A DNA stretch of 43,232 bases from an uncultured Collinsella sp. GTDB taxonomy: Bacteria; Actinomycetota; Coriobacteriia; Coriobacteriales; Coriobacteriaceae. This document shows positions 1-8,909 of this stretch, one piece after another. Every line of letters starts with the position of its first letter. The first letter of the stretch is position 1. Location of the stretch: the NCBI GenBank assembly GCA_902492855.1, contig CABUMU010000001.1:1-43232 (forward strand), written 5' to 3'. A program made the translations under genes and the position numbers. The notes under the pieces were generated by a model. It searched no databases. It had not been told where the DNA came from and saw only the letters and a program-made list of their open reading frames with translations.

Positions 1-31
1 CATTTTTGCCCCACCGGCCCCTGTTCCAGCG

Positions 32-373
32 CTATTCCAGCTTGGTTTCTACCGTGGGAGTCTTATCCGCCGCAACTGGAGTACGGGCGGTGTCCATGCT
101 CAGGCAGTGTTTGGGGCAGCTTTCGATGCACTCGCCGCACACCACGCAGGCATACGGATCGATCGACCACGTTCCGCCCTTTCGATCGACCGCGAGCGCG
201 CCCGCCGGGCAGCGACGCGCGCACATGCCGCAGCAAATGCACACGTCCATGTCGTTAACGATGTGCCCGCGCAGGCGCTCGGGCGCCGCGAGCTTCTCCT
301 GCGGATAGCACACCGTTACCGGCTGCTTGACCATAGAACCCAAGGCCGTCTTGGCAAATGTCAGCAAACTCAT
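32..373 (-). CDS. echF: Ech hydrogenase 2x[4Fe-4S] subunit (EchF/NuoI-like)
   Basis: Two CxxCxxCxxxCP motifs (CICCGMCARRCP, CVVCGECIESCP), NuoI-like PVTVCYP...RGHI, last visible gene of the hydrogenase operon. Confidence 0.85.
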   Translation of the reverse strand: MSLLTFAKTALGSMVKQPVTVCYPQEKLAAPERLRGHIVNDMDVCICCGMCARRCPAGALAVDRKGGTWSIDPYACVVCGECIESCPKHCLSMDTARTPVAADKTPTVETKLE

Positions 374-380
374 GCCGCGC

Positions 381-1469
381 CTACCTTTCCGTGCAGCTAA
401 TGCAGGGGTCGATGGTCAGGATAATCATGGGCACGTTGGCAAGGAGCACGCCCTGCAGTGCATGCGTCAGACCCGCCAGGTTCTGCGACGTCGGCGTGCG
501 CACGCGAAAACGGTCCAGGTTCTTGGTGCCGTTGCCGCGCACATAGTAATACGCCTCGCCGCGCGGCTGCTCAATCACAACCTCGCCGCGCGCGCCGTCG
601 GCCGGCGTGAGCTTGGTGCGCCTGCCGATTCCGTCGTGCGGTATCTTGCCCACAAGCTCCTTAATGATGTCCATGGCCTGCGTGACCTCGGCGCAACGCA
701 CCTGGCAGCGGGCATAGCAGTCGCCATCGGTAGCAACGATGGGCTCAAACGCAGCCAGATCCGCATAAGCGCCGTCACCGAACATGCGCACGTCGTAGTC
801 CACGCCCGAGGCGCGCCCAAACGGACCGACCATCGAAAGCGCCAGCGCGTCTTTCTTGCTAATCACGCCCACGCCATGCAGGCGCTCACCGCAGCTGTTG
901 TCGTCCAAAAACGTATGCACCAGGGCCTCGTAGTCGGGGCGCATGGCGTCGAGCGTCTGGACAATACCCGCCAGCTCGGAGTCCTCAATGTCGTGCTTAA
1001 GGCCGCCGATCTCGTTGATCGACAGAATCACGCGGCCGCCGCAGGTGCTCTCAAAGATCTTGAGAATCTGCTCGCGCAGCGTCCAAGACCGATAGAACAG
1101 CGCCTCAAAGCCAAAGGCATCGGCGAGCAGGCCCAGCCACAACAGATGCGAGTGAATGCGCGAAAGCTCGTGCAGAATGGTGCGGATATACTGCACGCGG
1201 TCAGGCACCTCGATATCGAGCATGCGCTCGCAGGCGCTGGCATAGCCGCAGCTGTGGCCCACGGCGCAAATGCCGCAGATGCGCTCGGCGATGTAGCCAA
1301 ACTGATGCATGTCGCGCTTTTCGGTGAGCTTCTCGAGCCCGCGGTGCACAAAGCCGATCTGCGGAATTGCCTCGATGACGCGGTCGTCCTCGATCACCAG
1401 GTCCAGATGAAGCGGCTCGGGCAGCACCGGGTGCTGCGGGCCAAACGGAATAACGGAGCGATGTGCCAT
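381..1469 (-). CDS. echE: Group 4e [NiFe]-hydrogenase large subunit (EchE)
   Basis: GPQHP, HRGLEK, L1 motif ERICGIC and C-terminal L2 motif DPCISCTER with no cleavable extension, as in Ech. Confidence 0.92.
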   Translation of the reverse strand: MAHRSVIPFGPQHPVLPEPLHLDLVIEDDRVIEAIPQIGFVHRGLEKLTEKRDMHQFGYIAERICGICAVGHSCGYASACERMLDIEVPDRVQYIRTILHELSRIHSHLLWLGLLADAFGFEALFYRSWTLREQILKIFESTCGGRVILSINEIGGLKHDIEDSELAGIVQTLDAMRPDYEALVHTFLDDNSCGERLHGVGVISKKDALALSMVGPFGRASGVDYDVRMFGDGAYADLAAFEPIVATDGDCYARCQVRCAEVTQAMDIIKELVGKIPHDGIGRRTKLTPADGARGEVVIEQPRGEAYYYVRGNGTKNLDRFRVRTPTSQNLAGLTHALQGVLLANVPMIILTIDPCISCTER

Positions 1470-1474
1470 GGACC

Positions 1475-2194
1475 TTACGCCTCCTTTTTCTGCTTGTCGC
1501 GGGCGGCCTTGGCGGCAAGCGCCGCGCGGACCTTGGCCGCTTTCTCGGGATCCATGGCGGCGAGCTTTGCCTCCATCTCGGCAGCCTTGAGCGCGGCCTT
1601 CGCAGCAGTTTCATCGTGCTGAGCATCGGAGCCGGCAGCCGCAGCGGGCTGAGCGACGGCAGCGCCCGCAGCATCGCCAGCGCCCGCAGTGCCCTCCCCC
1701 GCAGCGGCCGTGGCAGTAGCAGCCTTCTCGGCAGCGGCCTTGCGCGCCTTGGCCTCGGCGGCGGCACGCACCTTCATGGCTTTCTCGCGCGCGGCCTTCA
1801 CCTCGGGCGTGATAACGCTCATGGGTTCGGCAGTCGAGACCTGGTAGAAAAAGCCCTTAAAGTCAATCTGCATATCGGTGATGGCAAGACCAAACAGGTC
1901 GTGCGTTTCGTTTTCAAACGGGAATACCGCCGGATAGTACGAGCTGATGGACGGAATCTCCTGGTACTGGTCGATGCCCTCAACCACCAGGTTCTCGATC
2001 GCATAGGTGCCGTCCTGCGCAATATGCTCCTGAGCAGCACGAACGTCGATAAACGTATAGACCAAGCGATACGATCCGTCGTCCACACAGCGCTCGGCAT
2101 GCATCTGCACAAAGCGCGCGCCGACGCCCTTGAGCGCCTGGACATGTGACAGGAGCTCATCGATCCCGACGGTAGTATAGATAGCCTTTTGCAT
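1475..2194 (-). CDS. echD: Ech hydrogenase subunit D (NuoC-like) with Ala/Lys-rich C-terminal tail
   Basis: IPSISSYYPAVFPFENETHDLFG NuoC/EchD motif; lies between echC and echE. Confidence 0.8.
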   Translation of the reverse strand: MQKAIYTTVGIDELLSHVQALKGVGARFVQMHAERCVDDGSYRLVYTFIDVRAAQEHIAQDGTYAIENLVVEGIDQYQEIPSISSYYPAVFPFENETHDLFGLAITDMQIDFKGFFYQVSTAEPMSVITPEVKAAREKAMKVRAAAEAKARKAAAEKAATATAAAGEGTAGAGDAAGAAVAQPAAAAGSDAQHDETAAKAALKAAEMEAKLAAMDPEKAAKVRAALAAKAARDKQKKEA

Positions 2195-2811
2195 TACTCG
2201 GCCTCCTTTGCAGCGGCGGGCGTCCCAGCAGGTGCGTCGCCAGCGACGGGCGCAGAGGACTTCCCGGCAGGCGCGTCACCGGCACCGCCAGCCCCGGCCC
2301 CCGCAGCCACAAACCCGTCCTCGCCCAGCTCAACGCCACCGTCCCAGGTAGCGGCGCCGCCCACGGTGAGCGGATCGCCGCCGGCGCGCATCACGGCCTC
2401 CTTCTGGTCCAGGATGCCGCACGCCTCCACGATGGCATCGATCACCGTCTCGGGGCGAATGGCGCACCCGGGCGCGTACACGTCCACGGGAATCGCGCGG
2501 TCCACGCCGCCGATCACGTTATAGGCATCGCGAAACACGCCGCCCGAGCACGCGCAGATGCCGCAGGCCACCACGCACTTGGGCTCGAGCATCTGGTTGT
2601 AGATCTGGCGCACGACAGGCAGGTTCTGGGCATTGACCGACCCCGTCACCAAAAAGATATCCGCATGCTTGGGGTTGCCGGTGTTGACCACGCCAAAGCG
2701 CTCCGCATCGAACAGCGGCGTGAGCGAGGCCAGCACCTCGATATCGCATCCGTTGCAGCTCGAGCCGTCGTAATGAATGACCCACGGCGAGCGCGACATT
2801 TTATGATCCAT
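2194..2811 (-). CDS. echC: Ech hydrogenase small subunit (EchC/NuoB-like)
   Basis: SSCNGCDIE, NPKHADI, GICACSGG and PGCAIRPE motifs. Confidence 0.9.
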   Translation of the reverse strand: MDHKMSRSPWVIHYDGSSCNGCDIEVLASLTPLFDAERFGVVNTGNPKHADIFLVTGSVNAQNLPVVRQIYNQMLEPKCVVACGICACSGGVFRDAYNVIGGVDRAIPVDVYAPGCAIRPETVIDAIVEACGILDQKEAVMRAGGDPLTVGGAATWDGGVELGEDGFVAAGAGAGGAGDAPAGKSSAPVAGDAPAGTPAAAKEAE

Positions 2812-2823
2812 GGATGCCGCCTC

Positions 2824-5706
2824 CTAAATAAACACGTCGACGAGGATGGGCATAAGGTTGAGCAGGCCAAACACCAGCGCCACGCCCCATCCGAGCCTAA
2901 AGCAGCTGCTCCAGGTGCTGCGTGCGAAGGTGTTGTCGATCAGGACCTCGACAAAATACGTCGCGGCCATCACGACCAGGGCTACAACCCAGCTCACGGG
3001 GTTGTCCCAGACAAAGAACATGCCCACCCACATCAAAAACAGCACGGTCTCGCACCAGTGCATAAGGGTCATCTTGGCCAGCGTGCCGCCGCTCATCTCG
3101 GTGGCGACGCCCTGGACGATCTCCTGATGCGCATGATGCGAGTACGAAAGGTCAAACGGCGACTTGCGCAGCTTGATGGTAAGCACCGCGAGCAACGCGA
3201 GGAAAATGGGCGCGCTGTGCACGATGATGGGGACCGACTGCCCCGTCACGGCGATGGAATCAAAGCTGTCGGTGGCAAGGTACAGGCCCACGCTCATCAG
3301 CAAAACGGCGGGCTCGTAACTCATGACCTGCAGCAGCTCACGGTCGGCGCCGACCTGGGCAAACGGACTTTGCGTCGAGGCGGACGCCAGCACCACAAAG
3401 ATCGCGGCGAGCGTCACCATAAAAGCGCACAGCAGCGTGTTGGAGCCCGACACAAAGATGCCGCCGCCAACGACGGTAAAGATGAGCGCGCACGCCATGT
3501 AGGTATCGTCCATGGTGTTTACGCTGGCAGGGGCTTTGCGCAGGAGCTTGGCAACGTCGTAGAAGGGCTGCAGCAGGCGCGGGCCCACGCGGCCCTGCAT
3601 GCGGGCCGAAAGCTTACGGTCAACGCCGTCGATCAGGCCACCCACAAACGGCGCCAGCAAGGCAAACGCCACGGTGCCAATAAAAATGCCCACGACGCCC
3701 GAACCCTCGAAATACTTGCCGCGCAGCACCGAGGGCGCGCTCATGGCAAGTCTCTCGGGCCCAATCCACGCGCAACACAGCAGCGCAAACAAGATGATGC
3801 TGCAGCACACGACGCTACCCGCGGGGCCAATACGCTTCTCGCCAAGGGCGTCCTCCGAGTACCAATTGCGCTTTTCGGCCTTCACCTCGTGCCCCATCGA
3901 GCCGCGGAAATGGCGATATTTGTCGGTTCCCACGCCCGAAAGATATACGTTTACATGCGGTTTGTTGCTCACTCGGAATGAAGTCAGCAGCACCACGGCG
4001 ATAAACGCCACGATAACCACCATCAGGTACATGGCGTCCTTGCCAATAACGTACGGCACGCGGCCAAACACCATGGCCAAGTAAGGCGACACCAGACCGC
4101 TCGAGATAACCGGGAACGCCACGCAGCACAGAATCAGCAGCGCGGCGACGGTGTTGAGGGCCATCCATTCGGTCTTATGGACATTGACCTCAACGTTTTG
4201 AGCCGTGGGGTCGACACCCGAAAGCTTGGCAAGCCACTTGCCCCAGAAGAAGAACGTCGCGGCCGAGCCAAAGGCAAGCACCATGATCATGAGCACGTTG
4301 CCGGTCTGCGCGAACGCCACCAGAGCGCCCCACTTGGACACGAGCATGCCAAACGGCGCCACAAACATGCCCATGATGCCCAGCATCATCAGGCGCGTCA
4401 GGTGCGGCATGCGGCTGAACATACCGTCCATGTCCTCGATATTGCGGCTGCCGATATGATGCTCGGCCGTGCCCACGCACAGGAACAGCAGCGACTTTGC
4501 CACCGTGTGGAACAGGATCAGGAAGATGGCCGCCCATACGGCCTCGGGCGCGCCGACACCCAAGCAAGCACTGATGAGGCCCAAGTTGGAAATGGTGGAG
4601 TACGCGAGCACGCGCTTGGCATTGCTCTGCGAGATGGCCATAAGGGCAGCGAGCAAAAACGTGATGGCGCCCACGCTCGTGACCATAAAGCCGGTCACGG
4701 GATAGATGGCATAGAGCGGGCTCAGCTTGACCATCAGGAACACGCCGGCTTTGACCATGGTTGCCGAGTGCAGCAGGGCGCTCGTGGGCGTGGGGGCAAC
4801 CATGGCACCCAACAGCCAAGTGTGGAACGGCATCTGTGCGGCCTTGGTGAGCGCGGCGAGCGACAACAGGATGACCGGCATCACCAGCAGCGCGGACTGC
4901 GCGGTTCCGGCGCCGGAAAGCTCAATCATGCCCGAGATGGTCAGCGGCATGCCGTTCACGTGCAGGTACATGAGTCCGGCCAAAAACGCGATGCCGCCCA
5001 GCATGTTGAGGATGATCTGGGTAAAGGCGTTTTTAATGGCCTCGGGCGTGCGCGTGTAGCCAATCATAAGGAACGAGCACACGGTGGTGATTTCCCAGCC
5101 GCAGAACAGCCACTCAAGGTTGTCGCTCGTCACGATGACGAACATGGCCGAGAGGAACAGGAACATAAGCGCCAGGAACTGCGGGCGACGGTCGGGCGCG
5201 GTCTGCCCGCGCAGCGCGGCCTCGTGCTCGTCATGGGCCTGGAAGTCCTTCATGTAGCCCAGGGCATACACGCAGATAAGGCTGCCGACAATGCCGACGG
5301 CGAGGACCATGATTACGCTCATGTAGTCCAGGTAGAGCGGGGTTGCGGTGACGGCTTCGGTCGCGGGCAGCGTCATGGCTGCAAAGGCGAGCGAGCCCAC
5401 CAGCTGGACTATGCCGAGCACCGTGGTGAGCGCGTTCCTATATTTGAACGCGTTGTACAGGATGACGGCGCACAGGATGACATCGATGGCGGAGCTGATG
5501 ATCGAGAGCACATGCGAGGTGCCCGGTGCCACCTCGAAGCTCTGCGGACCCGTGCCAAAAAACATGACGGCGACTACAACTGTCACCGCCATAATAATGC
5601 CGGAACCTATGAGCCCCACCGCATCGCGGGCGCGGTCACCGCGCGCGAGCAGCATGCCCAGCGCCGGTACCAGCGGAAACAGGGTAAGGAAATACAGTAG
5701 CGTCAT
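2824..5706 (-). CDS. echAB: Fused EchA (antiporter-like, NuoL/MrpA type) and EchB (NuoH-like) membrane subunit
   Basis: N-terminal ~660 aa has WEITT, TKAAQMPFHTWL, APTPTSALLHSATMVKAG and KRVLAYSTI; C-terminal part has DRKLSARMQGRVGP, SYEP, RKSPFD and EIVQG..TE; single uninterrupted 960-aa ORF. Confidence 0.88.
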   Translation of the reverse strand: MTLLYFLTLFPLVPALGMLLARGDRARDAVGLIGSGIIMAVTVVVAVMFFGTGPQSFEVAPGTSHVLSIISSAIDVILCAVILYNAFKYRNALTTVLGIVQLVGSLAFAAMTLPATEAVTATPLYLDYMSVIMVLAVGIVGSLICVYALGYMKDFQAHDEHEAALRGQTAPDRRPQFLALMFLFLSAMFVIVTSDNLEWLFCGWEITTVCSFLMIGYTRTPEAIKNAFTQIILNMLGGIAFLAGLMYLHVNGMPLTISGMIELSGAGTAQSALLVMPVILLSLAALTKAAQMPFHTWLLGAMVAPTPTSALLHSATMVKAGVFLMVKLSPLYAIYPVTGFMVTSVGAITFLLAALMAISQSNAKRVLAYSTISNLGLISACLGVGAPEAVWAAIFLILFHTVAKSLLFLCVGTAEHHIGSRNIEDMDGMFSRMPHLTRLMMLGIMGMFVAPFGMLVSKWGALVAFAQTGNVLMIMVLAFGSAATFFFWGKWLAKLSGVDPTAQNVEVNVHKTEWMALNTVAALLILCCVAFPVISSGLVSPYLAMVFGRVPYVIGKDAMYLMVVIVAFIAVVLLTSFRVSNKPHVNVYLSGVGTDKYRHFRGSMGHEVKAEKRNWYSEDALGEKRIGPAGSVVCCSIILFALLCCAWIGPERLAMSAPSVLRGKYFEGSGVVGIFIGTVAFALLAPFVGGLIDGVDRKLSARMQGRVGPRLLQPFYDVAKLLRKAPASVNTMDDTYMACALIFTVVGGGIFVSGSNTLLCAFMVTLAAIFVVLASASTQSPFAQVGADRELLQVMSYEPAVLLMSVGLYLATDSFDSIAVTGQSVPIIVHSAPIFLALLAVLTIKLRKSPFDLSYSHHAHQEIVQGVATEMSGGTLAKMTLMHWCETVLFLMWVGMFFVWDNPVSWVVALVVMAATYFVEVLIDNTFARSTWSSCFRLGWGVALVFGLLNLMPILVDVFI

Positions 5707-5886
5707 ACCATCACTCCCCCATGCAAAAACGCTGCAATTGTTTAACGTTATAGCTCAATTGAGGAGTAGCGGCGGCAGGTTTTCGGTCAACTGGGGAGTT
5801 TTAGGCGTACGGGGCAAGGGCACGTCCGCTTTGGAGCAGTGGCACGGCAAGAAAAATGCGCCCCTGTGGGCGCACCATCCCGTTCG

Positions 5887-6291
5887 CTATTCCGCCTTTT
5901 TAACGCGCGGCTTGCGACCGCGCGGCTTATCGATAAGCGCGTCGGCGCCGCCATCGCGATACTGACGACACCAGGCCTTGACCGAAGACTCGCTGGGAAT
6001 CTTGTGCTTGATCATGGCCTCGCGAACCGTCAAGCCGTTTTCCAGACGGTCCTTAACCACGGCGAGCTTTACGTCGAACGAATAGGTGTGATGACGAGCG
6101 CCCGCATTGAGCACGGCGTCGGCACCGCCCACGGCATATGCGCGGGCCCACTGACGAGCCGTGGCCTGGGGAATGCCAAGCTCCGCGGCGAGGGCGCGGT
6201 GACCGACCCCCTCTTGGAGGATCTCGACGGCGCGCTGCCTAACCTCGGGCTCATGCGTGCGAGTCCTAGTTGCTTCCGACATACCTGCCAC
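5887..6291 (-). CDS. Tandem helix-turn-helix protein, IS3/IS150 OrfA-like, with no DDE OrfB
   Basis: Two HTH repeats (ALAAELGIPQATARQWARAY; YSFDVKLAVV...SSVKAWCRQYRDGGADAL) ending KPRGRKPR; start may be the ATG at 6282. Confidence 0.75.
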   Translation of the reverse strand: MAGMSEATRTRTHEPEVRQRAVEILQEGVGHRALAAELGIPQATARQWARAYAVGGADAVLNAGARHHTYSFDVKLAVVKDRLENGLTVREAMIKHKIPSESSVKAWCRQYRDGGADALIDKPRGRKPRVKKAE

Positions 6292-6620
6292 TTCTTAGCC
6301 TTAACCGTTAATCTGCTTTCTTACGTGCATGTTAGATAGTAGCATTTTGCTGTTTGCTCAAAGCAGTTAATTAAAATAGACGCGGCGTTATCTGGGCATT
6401 TGGCACCAAATTACGACATTTCTTTATCGATTATTTACGCTGGTAGCTGACTCGCAGCTAATCGTCATTCGCTTGTCAACAAAATTGGCATCTCTTTATG
6501 TCCTTTGGTATAGAGGATATGGTTATTAACCCCTCCCCCAATATTTTTGAGTGATCTGCAAGGCAGTAGACGTCCTCACTCCTCATGATTACCGCGCATT
6601 GCCATCCACCGGAGCAAAAC

Positions 6621-6656
6621 AAAAAGGGCGGGACCTGCTGCGCTTGCAGGCCCCGC
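6621..6656 (-). terminator. Rho-independent terminator downstream of bilR
   Basis: Stem GCGGGGCCTGC/GCAGGTCCCGC followed closely by a T-run on the minus strand. Confidence 0.65.
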
Positions 6657-6731
6657 ACCGGTTGGCACCCGACGAGACACAGCCGGGCGAAACGGATCCG
6701 TGCTACCGTCCCGCCTGGCCGCGATGTTCAA

Positions 6732-8768
6732 CTACAGCTCGTTGGCCGCGTGATACGCCGTGCGAATGGCGCTCGCAATGTCGGCGGTGCGCTCGCCCGA
6801 GCAGTCGCCCACGCAGGTCACGGGCACCGTCACGCCGTCCAGGTCAAACGCGTTGGCCTTGGAGCCCACGGCCATCACCACGTAATCGCAGGCGATCTTC
6901 ACCGGCTCCTCGGCGCCGTCCTCGGTGGTGCGAATGGCCTCCACGCCCTCGTCGGTAATGGAGGTCAGGCGGGTCTTCACGTGCTGCTCCACGTTATGCT
7001 CTGCAAAGTCGCTCATAATCAGCGGCAGAATGGTCTCGGACTCGCCCGCGGCAATCTTGTCGAGCATCTCGACAATCGCCACCTCGCAACCGTGCTGCAG
7101 CAGGTACTCGGCAGTCTCGGTGCCCACCAGGCCGCCGCCAATGACAGCGACGCGGCCCGTAAGCTCCACCTTGCCGGCCAGCACGTCCCAGCTCGAGACA
7201 ACCTTGTCCGAATCGGCACCCGGAACGGGGATGACCACGTCGTGCGCGCCCACTGCCACAATCGCGGCGTCGGCGGCGTTGAGATCCGCGGGGCTGGCGG
7301 CATGGTTGAGTTCAACTTTCACGCCCAGGCCGGGCAGAATCTTCTCGTAGTACTCGACCGAGCGCATGATCTCATCCTTACGCGGAGGCGCGGCCGCCAG
7401 CACAATCTGGCCGCCCAGATGATCGCTCGCCTCGTAGACGGTCACGTCGTAGCCGCGCTTGGCCGCCACGCGCGCGGCCTCCAGGCCGGCAATACCGCCG
7501 CCCACCACGGCAATCTTCTTGTCGCCCTCGCCCGGCTTGATAGCGATGGTCGCCTCGTCGCCGTTCTCGGCATTGAGCACGCACGAGATGTACTTGCGGT
7601 TTTGAATCGCGTCGACGCAGCCCTTGTTGCAGTTGAGGCACTCGCGGATGGGCTCGCCCGTGGCGGCCTTCAGCGCAATGTCGGGGTCGCACATGAGCGA
7701 ACGGCCATAAGCGATGATATCGGCGGAGCCGTCTTCCAGAATCTTCTCGCCGGCCTCAACCGAGACAACGCGGCCGACGGTTGCCACCGGCACGGAGACC
7801 AGGGCCTTGACGCGCTCGGCCACGGGCAGCGTCCAGTTGTAGGGCATGGCGCCCATGGGCGGAATGGTGTCGCCCATGTTGCCGGTGTGGTTGGCCTGTG
7901 CGACCTGAATCATATCGATGCCCGCGCCCTCGAGCAGCTTGGCAAACTCGCAGGCCTCGTCGGGCTGCAGGCCACCCTTGCCGCGCGGCGTGCCGTCGGG
8001 GTTCTCCATGATCACGGGGAGCTTGTACTCCACCATCAGCTGCGGCGCGGCTTCCTTAATGGCAGCGACGACCTCCAGCGCGTAGCGAACGCGGTTCTCG
8101 AACGAGCCGCCGTACTCGTCGGTGCGCTGGTTGAGGATTGCCGAGCACAGCGAACCCACCAGACGGTCGCCGTGGACCTCGATGGCATCGATCCCGGCCT
8201 GCTGCGCGCGAGCGGCCGAGGCAGCGATGGCCTCCTTGATCTGGGTAAGCTGCTCTACGCTCGCCTCGTTCACAAAGTGCTGCATGTCGTGGTGCAGCTT
8301 GGCGTAGGCCTGGTTGCGAATCTCGTTGGACTCGGCCATCTTGGCGGCAAAGGTCTCCTCGTCGCCAGCGGCCTTGGCCTCCTGCGCGGCCTTGGCGGCA
8401 GCCATGGATCCCATGACCATGCGGCCGACACCGGGCACGTCGTACTCGGGGTGGAACAGCTGCAGCGCGACCTTGGCGCCGTGCTTGTGGACGGCATCGG
8501 CCAGGGCCTTAAACGTGGGGATCTGGGCGTCGGTTGCCAGCTTGGGCGTGGGGCTTGCGGTCATGACGGGAGCAACGTCGCCGATGACGATGTAGCTCAC
8601 GCCGCCACGGGCCAGGCGCTCGTAAAAAGCCAGGCTGCGCTCGCCAATGGAGCCGTCACGCTCCTCGTAGCCGGTGGTCAGCGGCGGGAACATAATGCGA
8701 TTTGTGAGCTCAAGGGGGCCAACCGTAATGGGCTGGAGCAGCTTGGATGCAGGTGCGGTCATGGACAT
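6732..8768 (-). CDS. bilR: Bilirubin reductase, long form (OYE TIM barrel + [4Fe-4S] + FAD/NAD(P) domains)
   Basis: OYE barrel with HGDR at the catalytic position (IEVHGDRLVGSLCS), FHPEYD and LHHDMQHFVNE segments, CLNCNKGC...C cluster motif, two Rossmann GxGxxG motifs. Confidence 0.85.
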   Translation of the reverse strand: MSMTAPASKLLQPITVGPLELTNRIMFPPLTTGYEERDGSIGERSLAFYERLARGGVSYIVIGDVAPVMTASPTPKLATDAQIPTFKALADAVHKHGAKVALQLFHPEYDVPGVGRMVMGSMAAAKAAQEAKAAGDEETFAAKMAESNEIRNQAYAKLHHDMQHFVNEASVEQLTQIKEAIAASAARAQQAGIDAIEVHGDRLVGSLCSAILNQRTDEYGGSFENRVRYALEVVAAIKEAAPQLMVEYKLPVIMENPDGTPRGKGGLQPDEACEFAKLLEGAGIDMIQVAQANHTGNMGDTIPPMGAMPYNWTLPVAERVKALVSVPVATVGRVVSVEAGEKILEDGSADIIAYGRSLMCDPDIALKAATGEPIRECLNCNKGCVDAIQNRKYISCVLNAENGDEATIAIKPGEGDKKIAVVGGGIAGLEAARVAAKRGYDVTVYEASDHLGGQIVLAAAPPRKDEIMRSVEYYEKILPGLGVKVELNHAASPADLNAADAAIVAVGAHDVVIPVPGADSDKVVSSWDVLAGKVELTGRVAVIGGGLVGTETAEYLLQHGCEVAIVEMLDKIAAGESETILPLIMSDFAEHNVEQHVKTRLTSITDEGVEAIRTTEDGAEEPVKIACDYVVMAVGSKANAFDLDGVTVPVTCVGDCSGERTADIASAIRTAYHAANEL

Positions 8769-8909
8769 TCCTCTCTTGTAGGCGCGGCGGCGATGGTGTC
8801 GCGTAGTTGTCTAGAGGATATGGCATGGGGGCACAGCGGTACAACGAAAATCGGCGAATATCAGGTGGCGGCAGGCAGATGGGGATGGGCGGGGCGGCCC
8901 GTCGGTTTA

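Noticed and set aside
1..31. Start codon (CAT at 1-3) of a further minus-strand gene after echF
   Set aside because: Plausible, but only one codon lies in the window, so it cannot be supported
32..5706. Respiratory complex I (nuo) operon
   Set aside because: The large subunit keeps both Ni-binding CxxC motifs, and subunit set and order match Ech
5887..6291. Active IS3-family insertion sequence
   Set aside because: No DDE OrfB, frameshift motif, terminal inverted repeats or target duplication seen
6732..8768. Generic 2,4-dienoyl-CoA reductase or BaiCD/BaiH
   Set aside because: The catalytic segment is HGDR rather than the H-x-x-H-G-Y type, which favours BilR
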